The notes beneath the pieces were generated by a model, which saw only the letters and a list, made by a program, of their open reading frames with translations, made no database searches and was not told where the DNA came from. Of a stretch of 64,000 nucleotides of DNA, positions 35,171-48,537 are shown piece after piece. The stretch lies in assembly GCA_951406725.2 (NCBI GenBank), contig OX597820.1:37076001-37140000 (forward strand). Direction: 5' to 3'. Each line of letters starts with the position of its first letter. Position 1 is the first letter of the stretch. The DNA comes from Octopus vulgaris (taxonomy: Eukaryota). A program made the translations under genes and the position numbers.

Positions 35171-37669
35171 TCCACATTATCATAGTTATTTTGTCTACTG
35201 AATGTGTTACTTTCCACAAATTATCAGTTAACTGTTCATGGCTGCTCTTACTACTTAATATTTTGACACAGTTTCTACAGCAGGATTCTTTTCCTAACTG
35301 TAAACCAATTTACAGTGTACTAGGTTCATTTTATCATGGCTCCAGCTCTAGAAAGATTGTCATGTCCTTGACATGACAGCCTCTCACTCTTCTCTGTGCT
35401 TGTTTGTCAGCCACTTTATGAACTTGTCTTCCACTCACAAGAGTTCTCACTTAACTACATTGTTTCTGTTTGTTAAGTACAACATAGAAGAGATGGACTT
35501 TGGTCAGACAGATGAAGATACAATATTATAAAACAGAAACAATGATTGTGGTGACAGTATGGAAGAGGAGGGAGAAATGGAAAATGTATGAGGAGAAGTA
35601 CTGGAAGAGACAAAGTGATGGCAAGAATGTGATGGATGTCATGTGGAGTAGTAGTTAGTCATACAGAAAGCTAGTGTTAGCTGCTGAGAGAATATGCAAA
35701 GTGATGAGTAGTTGAGACGATAATGGTTAGAGTATGATGGATGTTAATAAAAGAGTGAAACGATGGAGAGGGAGTATGATTAGTTATGTGGGAGGGTAAA
35801 TGGAGAGGTCTATTGGATAACAACATACCCAATGCAATCCTTCATTACTCAGGAACTATGATGAGAGAAAGAAAGGAGTAGTTTTGTATGGTGGTTGGTG
35901 AGAAAATGAGATCTCATGTCTTTCTGCATCAGAAAACTGTTACAGGTGAGGGGTGAAAGAAAGATGAGAGGATATTGAATAGGGATGAGAGGCAGCAGGA
36001 GATCAGTATGGACAAAATGGGCAAAAGATTGAGATATTAATATATTCCAGTCTCCCACCATTACTCCCATTTTAATGTACATTTTTCTATGCTTACATAG
36101 ATGGTTAGGTCTTCTCAAGCATCATGTATTACTAATCAACATAATCTTTTGTTGTTTTCTCTATGAGTTGTAACATCTTAATATGAGTTTTCCTTTCTTC
36201 ACTCGAAGTCTTCCTTAATCTCTCTCTCTTTTACAGATTTCTTTCACATTGTACACAGTTCAGACTGTAAATATAGTAAAGTTACTGGGTCTTGGAGTGT
36301 AGTAGTCCTACATAAGTGATACAGAGGAGAGAATTTTTTAGTTTTGTGTGAGTGTGAGAGTTTGTGTTACTATTGTTTAACATTTACATTTTGCATTTTC
36401 CCAATGGTTTGAAATTTATCTTTAAAAGTAGATAAAGGCTGTAGCTTATTTTTGTAAACATTGTTCCACGATGCTTATTATAAAAGCATCTATATTATGC
36501 TAGACTGGAAAATGCAAGCAAAGGATAACAATATTAACTATTTAATATATCTGGAGAAATACAGGACAAGAAGTAAGCTTAGAATAAAAGATAAGAGTTT
36601 AAAATATTGCAGCTAAAATATAATTTGAATGGGTTTCCACTTGAATAAAACATTCAAATAAGCCAAGCCATTCAATACTGATCAACTTTCTTTCACCTAA
36701 GAAGTAAACTTAAAATACAGCGACTAAATATAAAATTCGATAAAAATAATCTGATGCTTCATCATAAATTCCCATGTATCAAAAATTAATAAATTAATAT
36801 TCTCAAAGATTTTTGAAATAGAGATTCATTTTTGTTTATTTATTATTAATACAATGTTATAAAGATGATCTTTATTTTCTTTCATTATGATTACCTCTAT
36901 GACATCTGCATTTATTTGAGGAAAATTTAGATTTACCTGACAGGAAAATGAACTGACAAACTGTTAACTAAGTAAAAATTAATATTTTAAAAATAAAGTA
37001 AAATAATTTTGCCAAAAATAAAACAAATAGGCTTAAATTTTACTATAGTCAGAAATTTTATTTATTTACCTACTTTCTTTACATTTGTAAAAAAAATTTA
37101 GTAAATAAAATCTCCAAATTGTGGCGTGGTCATGAAGAAAGACGCTGTCAGTATATATGCATAAATTTTCATTGCATTAATACAGAAGGTGTTCATGCCA
37201 TATAAGAAGTGTAAATTTTACATGAAATGCCATATATTGTAAGTACAGAAGATCTTCATCAGAAATACACATTTAGGCTGATTCTTCACATCAATGCATA
37301 TTCTTGTTGCCACGGTAGGTTTCTTCATCTGTCTCACAGGGTTGTTATGAGAACAGCTATTAGAACAAACTCCACCAAAGATCAAATACACTCTGTTTTT
37401 TTTTTTTTGTTTTTGCACTAACCAGCTGTATTTGTAGGTCTGTTCACAGACGGTCCTAGCTATGCCTCCAGACTATCATGTGAACAAAAAGCACTGATTG
37501 GACTAAAATGGGAGTCTGTACATATGATCAACTCATGAATTCCATATGGGCAAACATGAGGTCAAATTCAACTGTTATAAAGTCAACAAAATTTGGCATT
37601 TGTGAAACCATTTGAACATCATGAAAGAAAAAAAAGCTAAAACGAAACATAAATCATAACTTATTAGCT

Positions 37670-39340
37670 ACTCTTTACCATATGGGATAACTTCTGGTGT
37701 ATGACATGGATCTGTTCTTGGATTTCTACTGTTGCTTATATTAATGACATAGATGTTAACTTGTGGAAAGTTACAGTGTTGAAACATGCAGATGACATCA
37801 AGCTGTATCTCAAAATAAAAAGAACAGATCATATGCACTATAGATCTTTCCTGCAATAAGACCTGGACACAATGCAGGAATGGATTTCTGACTGCCAAAT
37901 CAAACTAGCTGTGGACAAGTGCATCACTATGCACTTTGAGAGGAAAAACCCAACCTTTACATACTCCCTCAAAAACACCAATCTCAAGAGGTCTTCTAGT
38001 GAACATGATCTGGGTATTACAGTAGAACCTCACAGTACACGTCCCATTGTATGAGTAATTTGGTTTGCAAGCCAAGAGACGTGTGAATTTTTGTCTTGAA
38101 GTATGAGCAGAAATCTGCAGTACGAGCACAAAAATAGTCCCATCTTTAAATTAATTCAGTTAATAAAACCAGTTTACATATCTCTTTTTTTATAATTGTC
38201 ATTTTACTTGTAACCACACCTTTTCTGTTTTAAAACCAATAAAAAAGTTATTTTTGGGGCTGGAGCAGATTAATTATATTTAATTTCAATAGGGAAAATT
38301 GATTTGTAAGATGATTAAATCATAAGACGAGTTCAGTCATGGGACGAATTAAACTTGTACTGCGAGGTATCACTGTTTAGATGGTCATGGTCTCATGCTG
38401 CAAAACCATCTAATGATGACTCTGTTCAGAAGGCTGTAATATGTCATACAATAAAGGAACACTGTACAAAGAATTCAAAGAACAAAACTGCAACTTTAAA
38501 TACCTTTACTTGAGGTCTCAAATATATACAAGTTGAATAATAATGGAAAGAGTTTGATGAACATGGCCTTCACTTGTAAAATCTGTGTATTACCTCATGT
38601 CTGCTAGTTGCTGCATGTGTATGAGAGGTAGCTAGGTTATATATTTACGCTCCAGCGTCTTGGATGCGAAATAGAAAGGGGTAAGTGTCTGAACCTTAGT
38701 GTTGCATGTAACCCCTAGTGGCTGGCTATCTAGGCAGCCGCTGTCAAGGGAGATAACTGCGCCTACAACTGTATTGTAAATAGTGACCTGCATTGCAAAA
38801 CCATATTGCTAAGATTGTCAAGAAAGTTGAGGGTGTCCTAGCATGACTCGGTAAGACTTTTGTCAGCCACTCTCCAGCTATCTATTTATGACTATATATG
38901 ATAAGGATACATCCACACTTGGAATTTACTTCACCAATCTGGAAACCCTATCTTGCTCAGCATATAAATCTCTTGGCAACTGTTTAGAAACATGCAACAA
39001 AACGAATACCTGCCGTCAGGCATCTACCATATTCTGAACATCTTGCTTCCCTGGGCATGGACACATTAAATCTCAGACATCTGGCAACTGACATGGTAAA
39101 CACCCACAAGATTATGCACCATGTTTCCAACAACAATCTTGGGCACCTTTTTGAATTCCATATGACAAACACTTGTGGACATGCTTACAAAATAAAAAAA
39201 ACAATATTGCGCCTATGGTTTTCGAAAACATTTTTCATGCTCAGAATTGCTTAAGTATGGAATAAACTACCATGTCATTTGTTAGCTGTCAAATCACTAT
39301 AGCCTTCAAAATTTCCATGCTTCCTGAAATCCACCAACAG
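37670..39340 (+). mobile_element. CR1-type LINE 3' portion, split by a DNA-element insertion at 38020-38771
   Basis: SGV*HGSVLG, HADDIKL, LQ*DLD..EW, DKCITMHF, EHDLGI|IVNSDL, HPHLEFTSPIWKPY, HATKRIP..LPYSEHL..LG, TCGHAYKI. Confidence 0.85.
38020..38375. mobile_element. Tigger/pogo-like MITE
   Basis: TIRs cagtagaacctcacagtaca / tgtactgcgaggtatcactg after a TA; the whole insert to 38771 is also followed by TA. Confidence 0.7.
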
Positions 39341-40809
39341 TACATCTGATGGGTTTTTTTTTTAAGGTTCTGTACCTGAGCACTGTATACAACAATTTAT
39401 TTCATATGTCTGTAGCATAAGTGATTTACACTGTCATTGTGTGAAATATTTTCATTTTGTCTCATCTAGGCTTAAATACCTCAATATCGGCTCCAAATTT
39501 GCCTTTTCGTTCCAATGGTCACATGACCTCATGTTTAAACAAACCTGTTATTAGCATTGGTTGGCTTCCAGCTGTCCACTCACATTGGCATAACAGTTTA
39601 TTTTTCCTTACGCAAAAAATTAATCACCAGCTTCTGGGAGCCCTCTATTCCCTATGAGTACAACAGTTCTCCACTGTTCTAGATCTTTGGCACTTGCCAC
39701 TGACCACAGGTACAACTCATCTCCAGCAACAATGTATCTGACACCAGCCAGGCTCCGTTTTCATCTTCACCAGATGCCTGTCAACATCATTGCTGTATGA
39801 ACATCACACAACCAACAAACCAAAGGCTGCCTTTACACACCACCAAACGGTACAGCCTAACCACAAAGTTCTCTCACACATCTTTGTAATAAGCTGTTAT
39901 GTTATGTTAATCCATGTATGGCAATGATTGTATTATATAACGGAGAATAAAACATCACCAGTTTATTTTGTAGGCATAGTTACTTCTATTGACAATGGGT
40001 TTAAACAAGCTTGCAATAGATGGTGCAAGCAGTAGTGATATTTTGACACGTGGCCTTGCAAGTCCTCTTTTGGCATCTAGACGTCGTAGAGCAAGGACAT
40101 GATCTAGTTGGCTCTCTAATGACACGCAGTGACTAGCTGACAGGAGGTAATGCACAGAAGAGGATCATGGTCTCCACGCATCAAGCTATTTCCATTTATC
40201 ATTCAACTTATATGTATGTGTGTGAGGCCAACATTAAAGTTATTTAAAGTTACAGCCTTGTTCTATGTATTTCTTTGTACCATGTTCCTATCAAATGATA
40301 TTACAGCCTTCTGAAGGAGTCAACCTTTAGATGATTCCACAACTCTGATTCATATACCATTTAAAATGGTGATCTTGACGTGGCACACACCACAATTCCT
40401 TCTAAAATGGTGAAACCCGGACAAATGTCTGACCAGTGGATACGTATTCCTTTTTCTCCTTCTCGACTTCATCTATGCAACCAGACCACCATTCACCGTA
40501 TAGGAACATACCACTAGTCTCTCTCATCACCATATTGTCTTCTTCACCAGAAAATTTTGGTGCCATTTTCAAGCAGGAAACTGCACATCATTTTTCCTTG
40601 TGTTGTAACTGAATTTACAATTTAATCCTTCAAAGACACTGTCCCAGGAAAATTTTCTATTTGCATGTAAAAAGAAGGAAAAAAAATTATCTGGAATTTT
40701 CTTCAGAATTCACACGGACAAAAATTTTTCCTATGTGCTGGGTATGAGTTTCTTTTTCTCACAATGATCCAATTTTTGCCTTCATAACATTCAGGAAAAC
40801 AGGTATCTT

Positions 40810-41380
40810 TTAATGAAAGTTTATATAAACTTTTTTAATGACATAGATTACAATTAGAAGGAAATTTGTGGGGGAAAATTTTTTTCCGAGGGGGTGGGAA
40901 GAGAAGTTTTGGATCAAGAAGACCACATAAGTTGGAATTTCCCTGTTTTGATGAGGATTTTTCCAATTGTTTTTCACTACAGACTTTGAAATGATGGGGA
41001 GCATCTTTTTATGAAAAAATGGTTCGGAAAATTTATGATTTTTTTTACTCCCCTCCTCTCTTAATGATGATACCAATGGACCACACGTGTGCTCCATTGA
41101 TGGGATATAAGCATCAATAAAAAAAATGGTAATTTAAATTTTTACCTCCCACCTTAATTAAGTGAGGCTGTGCATGTGTAAGAAAGATACATTTTTTAAC
41201 AGAAAAGTATGCTATTAAAATGAAGTATCTTGTGGATAAATGACCTCAGGCTTTCCAATATTTTCAATTATAAAGAGAAACAATCAGAAGTGGGGTGGTG
41301 TGTAAAAAAAATCATAAATTTTCAAATTTTATTTTATTGCATAAAATGTAGTTATGGGGAGAAAAATATTGAAAAAACAT
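40810..41380. mobile_element. Degenerate fold-back/MITE-like repeat
   Basis: aaatttatgattttttttactcccc versus ggggtggtgtgtaaaaaaaatcataaattt; related segment at 32740-32950. Confidence 0.45.
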
Positions 41381-41659
41381 CAATACATGCAACAGTGAGA
41401 AAGAACTGAGGAGGGTTGTCTTGGGGTGTGCTAGAAACAACAGCCAAATCTCCCTTAAATCACACTTTTTAATCTGAAAATATTTACAATTTTTAAAAAA
41501 ATTTAATTCTGATGCTTAAGAGAAAATTTGGCTGTTGTTAGCAGTTTACTGTCCAAATGGGTCTTGTCTATGCTGTGATAATGAGGTCAAATAAGACTAA
41601 AACATGACCATTACTGTCTCCTTCTTTAAGAAAAAAAATCAGATTTTCCCATAAGCATG

Positions 41660-44600
41660 AAATCTTTTTTACAAGTAACAATTTATTGAAGCACACAGGA
41701 TATCCCACAGTGGAATAGTAGAGGTCTAGGTTACTAGAGGAGTTCTTACAGCAGTATTGCTGAAAGCTAGGTCACTAGCATACAAGTGTTCCCACTACAG
41801 AGCTGCTGAGAGCTAGGTTGCTAAGAACTGGATCACTAGCCTGCAGTTTTTGTGGCTGGGCTTCTGAAAGCTAAGCCACCTGCATATAGGACTTCTCAGC
41901 CTGTCCTGATTGGGGCGACATATTGTACCAGAACACTGCTTCCAGCAACGAGATGTGCCCCCTCTCTGCCATGGCCTTGATCGTTCAATGATGTCTTTCC
42001 ATGATCCCATTTCCACTCAGCCAGTATGCTGCTCTGAAGAAGCGGTGCACATTCCACTTATCAAGTGTCTCCGAAGAAAATGCAGTGCCATTGTCCATCA
42101 ACAATTCATCCACAGGGCTCTGTTCCAGAAATATCTCATTCAGGATACATGCAATCTCGGCTGCAGTACCTGTCTTCAGTTCCTTTTAAATGGCCATCCG
42201 ACCCGGCCCACAGTCAACTATTGAGAGATACATCCCCTGCCAGAAGTGTGTCACATCCATTACCAATTGTCTCCAGTTGTGCTCTACTGAGATATTTCCC
42301 TGCTCATGCACACCCAGAGCAGGGTCAATGGATTGATACCTATCACAATTCCCGACCAGCTTTTGGATGTTCTGCCTAGTGATGGTGGCGTCAACCCTCC
42401 TGGCAAGATACAGGATTCAATCCATGCCCATATAATGCATGGCATGCAGTCTCCTTAGCTACAACACACTGCAGCTATCCCCTGCTTCGAATCTTCAAGC
42501 TCCGCCAACCAGTCCTTTTACACCATGGTTAGAATGTCTGCCTTGTTCCTTTCTGAAGGCACAAAAACCACACTCATCTTCAAACCAAATTCAGCAGCCA
42601 GTTCTCCTAGAATCCCTAGGTGGTACTTTACTAACATCTCTGCCACCCCTTTGGTTTGAACCCTCTTTTTATGATTACTGATCCTACCCAGCCAAAAACT
42701 GTAGCTGAATCAGTTTGGATTTCAATGGAGTACATCCCCCATTTCAAGGTCAAATTCATCTTCAGCACTGCGTCCAACTCAGCCATGTTGATGTGGTTGC
42801 AATTGTCAGCTTTTCAACTTCTATTTCCATTACAACCCTTATCACTTTATTGCTAGCATTGCACTATAGAGTCCCATTCTCCAATTTGGGCATGTACCAG
42901 TTCCCCCTTACTGGGTCTTCTGCTCATCCTCTCTATGATCTCCTGCATTATTGCCACTGTCCCCTTTCCCAATTTGTCTCCCCAGTTTTTCCCTTATCTC
43001 TTGTAGCTGCACACTGCCTGCAGCTACCCTTTGATTAGGTAGTGTCCCAGGAGCCTCCCACACATTAAGAACAGTTCTCTCCTGCTGATGCTGGTACCTA
43101 GTTCTGGGATCTCATTCCCCCTCTGGAACACCAATGAGTCTGTTTTATCTCTTTGAAGCTTGAATCCCAGTGTGGCTCCTCCAACCATTGGCTCCAGTGG
43201 CTTTGCAGTCAGTTCAAACCTCTTGAGGTGACCTACTACCTCTGTGGCAGATACTACGGTCTCGTCTACCAAGATGTCATCTATATACGAATTGGTGGCC
43301 CTTCTTATCCTGTCACCTTTCCCTGGATAGACTTGAGCACTGTTTCTATGACCTTTGACAGCATGGAATTTAGCCCAGAACCCAGCCCAGTCAGACAGTA
43401 TATCTGGCCCTTATATCATACCAGCTGATACTGTCACAGTTTCTTGTTCACATGGAGCTGCAAATATGCTGACTTCAAGTCGACAATCATCACTGCCCTT
43501 GCCATCTGTCTTCACTTGTGTAGCATCTCACCACAGACATCAGTCACGTCACCACCTGTGTGGCATGATACATGGCCATTCATCTCCTGAAAGTCCAGTA
43601 CTGGTCTGATTTTACCCTTTGTTGGCTGCACCACCTCTTTTCATGGGATAAGGACACCCTCCTGAATTCACCTCTCTATCTCTCCTTCAAATTCACTCCT
43701 GGCATGTCCCTTCAAGGTATGCTAGTAGCAGCTCAGCCTGTTCTTCAGAATTGGGGGACTCCCCTTTCCAGCACCACCCCCCGAAAATCTTTGTCCTCAA
43801 CAGTGTAAGCTGTACAGTTCCTTGTGGAGCTCTGCTCCCTCACATGTTGCACTCATGGTCCCCTGCACCACCAAACGAAACCATGTTTCCACCAACACTG
43901 ACACCTCTAAAGTGGTTGATTGTATCCATTCCCATCACTACATCAATTCTGTCTACCACATTGTCAATCACAATCACCTGCAGCCTCAGTGTTGTGCCTT
44001 GCACCGCTATATCCACGTTACTGCCACCCTTATATCCAGTCTCATTGCCTTCGACCGCCTGAACACTTCTCGTCCCCTACTATTTTTTTGTCACTCTCGC
44101 GGTCATGAGAGATGTCATACAGCCTGTAAGTTCAAGGGCTTTCAACATCTTTCCCCCAACTGAGACTTCTACTACAGGCAGCGACTGCACGAATGCCTCT
44201 ACTTGCTTGCGAGAGAAGTTTGAAAGGCAGCAACTTCCCTGTGACCGTTTTCCTGGCTGCAATTTTGAGTGATATGCCCAGTCTGCCTGCACTGGTAGTA
44301 AACAGGTCCGGGCTTTGTTTCCATGCAGCCCCTCACAATGTGCGGCCCTTGCCACTTAAAGCACCAGCCCATGAATGGTCACTGTTGCTCCATGGTAGTT
44401 TTCTTCTCCCCATTCATTACTCGTTGTTGTATCACACTGTGGGCTTCCACAACGGCCATCACCACTTCCCTCTGCCAAGTATTTTGTGTTGACATGTGGA
44501 TTTGAACGATAAGCTCGTTCACTGCCATTTTCTCACTGCCTGGCAGTTGTACCAATAGATCATTGGGAAAACCATTTACGAAGGCCACTCATGCCACCTT

Positions 44601-45000
44601 CCCTAAATCCTCTCTAGTGAAGTTGGACAGCATGGCCAGTCTCCAAACCTCCATGACATACTCATCAACATGTTCCTGTCTACCTGACTGTTCCCAGCTT
44701 AGCAAATGTGGCGTACATCCCCTCCGTATAATCTTCCCTCAAGCACTGCTTGATCCTCACCATCCACAGTTGGTCTTCCTTGTCTACCTCAAGGTACAGC
44801 ATCAGCACACTTGCCTCCAGGTACAGAGCCAAGAGACCTCCTACATTGTTGATGCCTTGTAGCCAGGCCACTACTTTGATCTTATGGATTCAGGCCACTA
44901 CATCTCCTTTGCCATAGAACGGTCCAATAGCATTGCTGCTGATCCTTATCTTTGCTGTCATCACATAGTAGGGGATAATAACAATGAAATAGCTTGTTTT
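41660..45000 (-). mobile_element. Degraded Gypsy LTR retrotransposon (gag-protease-RT-integrase)
   Basis: Minus-strand LPVVEVSVGGKMLKALELTGC (protease-like), GLGSGLNS..SYIDDILV (RT), ELLMDNGTAFSS and SGNGIMERHH (integrase); gag-like pieces 44380-44870. Confidence 0.85.
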
Positions 45001-45776
45001 ATGAGGGAATTGTAATGCGGGGAAATAAGAAACAATTTGCCATCCAGCTCTACTCAATGCAAAACTTGCACCTAGTCTGCACACCTAGCGATCGCAGCTG
45101 CTAATACCCATCCCTGTCAGTTCACTTACCTCTGTTTGTCATGAGCACCCAAGGCAAAAGAGGATGACCCTCACTTCCTCCCTCACACTTCCTGTTCCAC
45201 TCAAGCCCCTTGACCATTGACATCACAGTCCTTTCCTTCTGGCTCATTTCATTCTCACATAAGCTGCACAGCATTATCATTCATATTAGTTTATTCTTTA
45301 TATTTAACCATTTTTAATACAATAAGGTGATATTTACGAAAAGGTTTACTACAGTTTCATGCATGCTGAGTGACCTCATAAAGGCTTCTTAACTGGGTTG
45401 TCATTCAGGATGGTCAATAGCAAAAACCTAAACTTTATCATAGTATCTTCAAAAAAGAAAAAAAAAAGGATCTCCAGAACAAATAAAACAGTGCATGACA
45501 CTAAAAGTCAGCAAATACTTGAGAATTTATAGATTTTAAAGTAATATGTCTTGGATGGATTAGATTTATAAAAAAAACAACTTTTAGAGTGGTAAAGCCT
45601 TCTTTATAATATATTATATTTATATTATTTGTTATTTATGTATTGGTTTATGTCTATCACTGTTTGAGTTGCCTAATAGTGGTTTTATCTCTAATTCATA
45701 TTTTATATATTTATAATGTGGAATTTGATTTAATACTAAATTTAATTTTTCCCTGTACGTTTGGAGCTATACTCCC

Positions 45777-45845
<69 letters not shown>

Positions 45846-45846
<1 letters not shown>

Positions 45847-45995
45847 TTGGCATTAGGAAGGGCATCCAGCCGTAGAAACACTGCCAAATCTGACTGGGCC
45901 TGATGAAGCCTTCCGGCTTCACAGACCCCAGTTAAACCGTCCAACCCATGCTAGCATGGAAAGCGGACGCTAAATGATGATGATGGTGATGATGA
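45846..45995 (+). mobile_element. Family 2 repeat 3' end adjacent to (ATT)n(TA)n microsatellite
   Basis: ggcattaggaagggcatccagccgtagaaac...gcatggaaagcggacgctaaatgatgatg. Confidence 0.8.
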
Positions 45996-46099
45996 TTACT
46001 TTTTCTTAAGAATATACATGTTTTTATGATATACACAAAAGGTTATTTCTATACGAGAGGCTCTTTATTATCTTTATAAACTATCTTTCGAATTTATTT

Positions 46100-46430
46100 C
46101 GAAGTAGATAATTTTCTTAAAGCTTCACTTATTCGTTTCGGTAATTCAGAGAAGCCTTGTATTTTTTGCAAACCCCATTGTCGTTGGTCCCAATTTTAAT
46201 AACACCGTTTTCTTCCTCTTATCCCACGTTTCCTTATGTAAGCATTATTTATATATATTTTTACATATTTCTTGTCTCGAAAATTTCTCTTTTAAATTTA
46301 TAATTCTACTTCATCTGCACAATTCTTTCTCCTTACAAAAACCTGTTTTCTTTCGTCTTTATTTTTGCTTGTTTTCGTTTTCTCTGATTTTTCTCTTCAT
46401 TTAAACTTCAGTTAATATTGTTTTCAGGGA
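46100..46430 (+). promoter_or_regulatory. Putative non-coding first exon/intron start of ZNF-D, donor GTAAGC at 46238
   Basis: 46305-46430 aligns with the reverse complement of 313-445 (ttcatct.cac, ctacaaa..cctgttttcttt, ctctgat, ttttcaggga). Confidence 0.5.
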
Positions 46431-47332
46431 GTTACGGCATTCGTTCGATATAGATATTTTGAGTATATCTTTGTTCTATTTCTTTAACCATGTTTTTTTA
46501 CTCTTGTTTTTATTCTGTAGTCCTCTCGAGGACTGATAGACAAGAGTGTAGACTTTAAATGTTTTACGAAATAGCGGCTAGACCCTACTTATTCTCATTA
46601 CGTGTGATCTGCCTCAAGTAAACCTAATCGGTTAATGTTTACATCTTCGGATGACACTTTGTTGTACAAACACCGTAAATATGAACAGTGATTCCTGTTT
46701 CCTATAGCGAAACCCATCAGTCTTAGAATCTTGGACGACTTTGTGGCAGATGCAATTCAATACCCCCAACGCGTTGTAAAGTTTCTTGGTTTTATAATAC
46801 AAACTTCCTTTTAAAGTGATCTAAATTTAAACCTTCCATCAAACTTTCGTTTTAATATATGTTACAAACATCAGCTTAATACTGACAGTTATTTTACTAA
46901 ATTCTTCATTATTTTAAAAATTAATCGAAACAGTGGCAGTGTATTTCAAGAGACATTTGGTAAGGAGAGTTAATAGAATTTTAAACAGCATAAATCCCAA
47001 TGAAGTATTTGAATAAAGAAAGTCAGGCATTTACTATGTAAAAGGTAACTATGAGGATAATAGTAGTGATAATGATTGTCTAAATATCTCCTTTCAAATG
47101 ACCGGCTCTTAAGTCATGTGATGAGAGTACTGGAAGAAGACATTCGGACGGAACCAAAGTCTTGTAGACAAGAATTATATTGTTAAATAACATTTTATAT
47201 TCTTTGTTGGTCATCAATGTAGGTTACTAATATGTTGGTACTTCTTTCCTATGTTATCTTTGTAATAACATAACTACAATAGTTTTCAAAATTGTTGAAT
47301 GTTTGAGAAAAGAAAGGAATTGTACTTGTGTC

Positions 47333-47760
47333 CTCATCATCATCATTTAACGTCCGTTTTCCATCCTGGCATGGGTTAGACGGTTTAACTAGAGATGGTA
47401 AGCTAGAGAGCTGCGCCTGGTTTCAGTCTGTTTGGCTTGCTTTCAACAGCTGGATGCCCTTTTCAGCACCAACCACTCTACAGTGCATTGGGTGTCTTTC
47501 CTGTGTCACCAGCACAGGTGCCTATTTACATGTCACTGGCACTGGTCATGACCACGATTTCACTTCGCTTGAAGTGTGTTCTCAAGTGCAGCAAATTGCC
47601 AGAAGCCTATGCTACTTGTCATTGCCTCTGTGAAACTCAACAATCAAAGATCATATTTCACCACTTCATCCCATGTTTTCTTGGATCTACCTCTCCGGCA
47701 GGCTCCCTCCGCAATTATAGATTGGCACTTCTTTCTCCGGCTATCTTTGTCCATACACCT
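47333..47760 (-). mobile_element. Family 2 repeat plus RTE 3' tail fragment
   Basis: catcatcatttaacgtccgttttccat...ttccacttcatcccatg..ttcttggatctacctct. Confidence 0.7.
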
Positions 47761-47904
47761 TACACAGCTGTCTGAAAACTACAATGGAGTTGGCAGTTGT
47801 CTTATCTCTGGAAATATGTTCTGATTCTTTTTATTATAATTTTCAGTATGTATGATCAAATATTTTTTCCAATAAAACTCATGTTAACACTTCATTGTCC
47901 TTTA

Positions 47905-47931
47905 TGTCTTATATTGTCTTTTTATTTCAGG
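47905..47931 (+). promoter_or_regulatory. Splice acceptor of the ZNF-D terminal exon (AG 47929-47930)
   Basis: tctttttatttcag|gttatctg. Confidence 0.7.
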
Positions 47932-48537
47932 TTATCTGATGGTATTAAGGTAAAATGTTTTCACTAAAGATGATCAACATATGAAGTTCTGAAGATTAAA
48001 ATTAACTTCATTAAGCTATGTCAGCCTGTTAATACATTTTCCTTGGAATTGAGATTATTTACTGTAATACCAAAACCAACAACAGATGGAAGGCTGTAGT
48101 AACAGTATCAACAGCATATGCATGACTGCAGCTCTTTTGTTACAACTACTGCTACAGTAAAAGATTAATTAGACTGAAGATATAAGGACTAAAAACTTCA
48201 TCAAGCTGCTGTCAGCCTGTTTCTGAAACTCTTAGTTGAATGGATGTGAACTATTTCCTTGGAATTGAGATTGTTTGCAAAAATTCCTACATAAATGTTT
48301 ACAGGGAAATTTTCTTTATAAATTAATTTAGAAAGCTATACTGTGAACTTTTAATAATTTTATACTTTAAGAATTTCATATCTGGATATACCTTGTTAAT
48401 TGGAATGACTTTGATATTTTAGTTGTTGGCTGTCACATGATAAACTAATAAATCCCTTTGAAGTATTTTTTTTAACAGTTAAGTCATCAGACTTTACAAA
48501 GAATATCACACAGAAAATTAGATAAAAAGTAAAAGTT

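Noticed and set aside
47988-48280. Imperfect direct duplication in the ZNF-D leader
   Set aside because: Real but small local duplication; no evidence of function beyond lengthening the UTR
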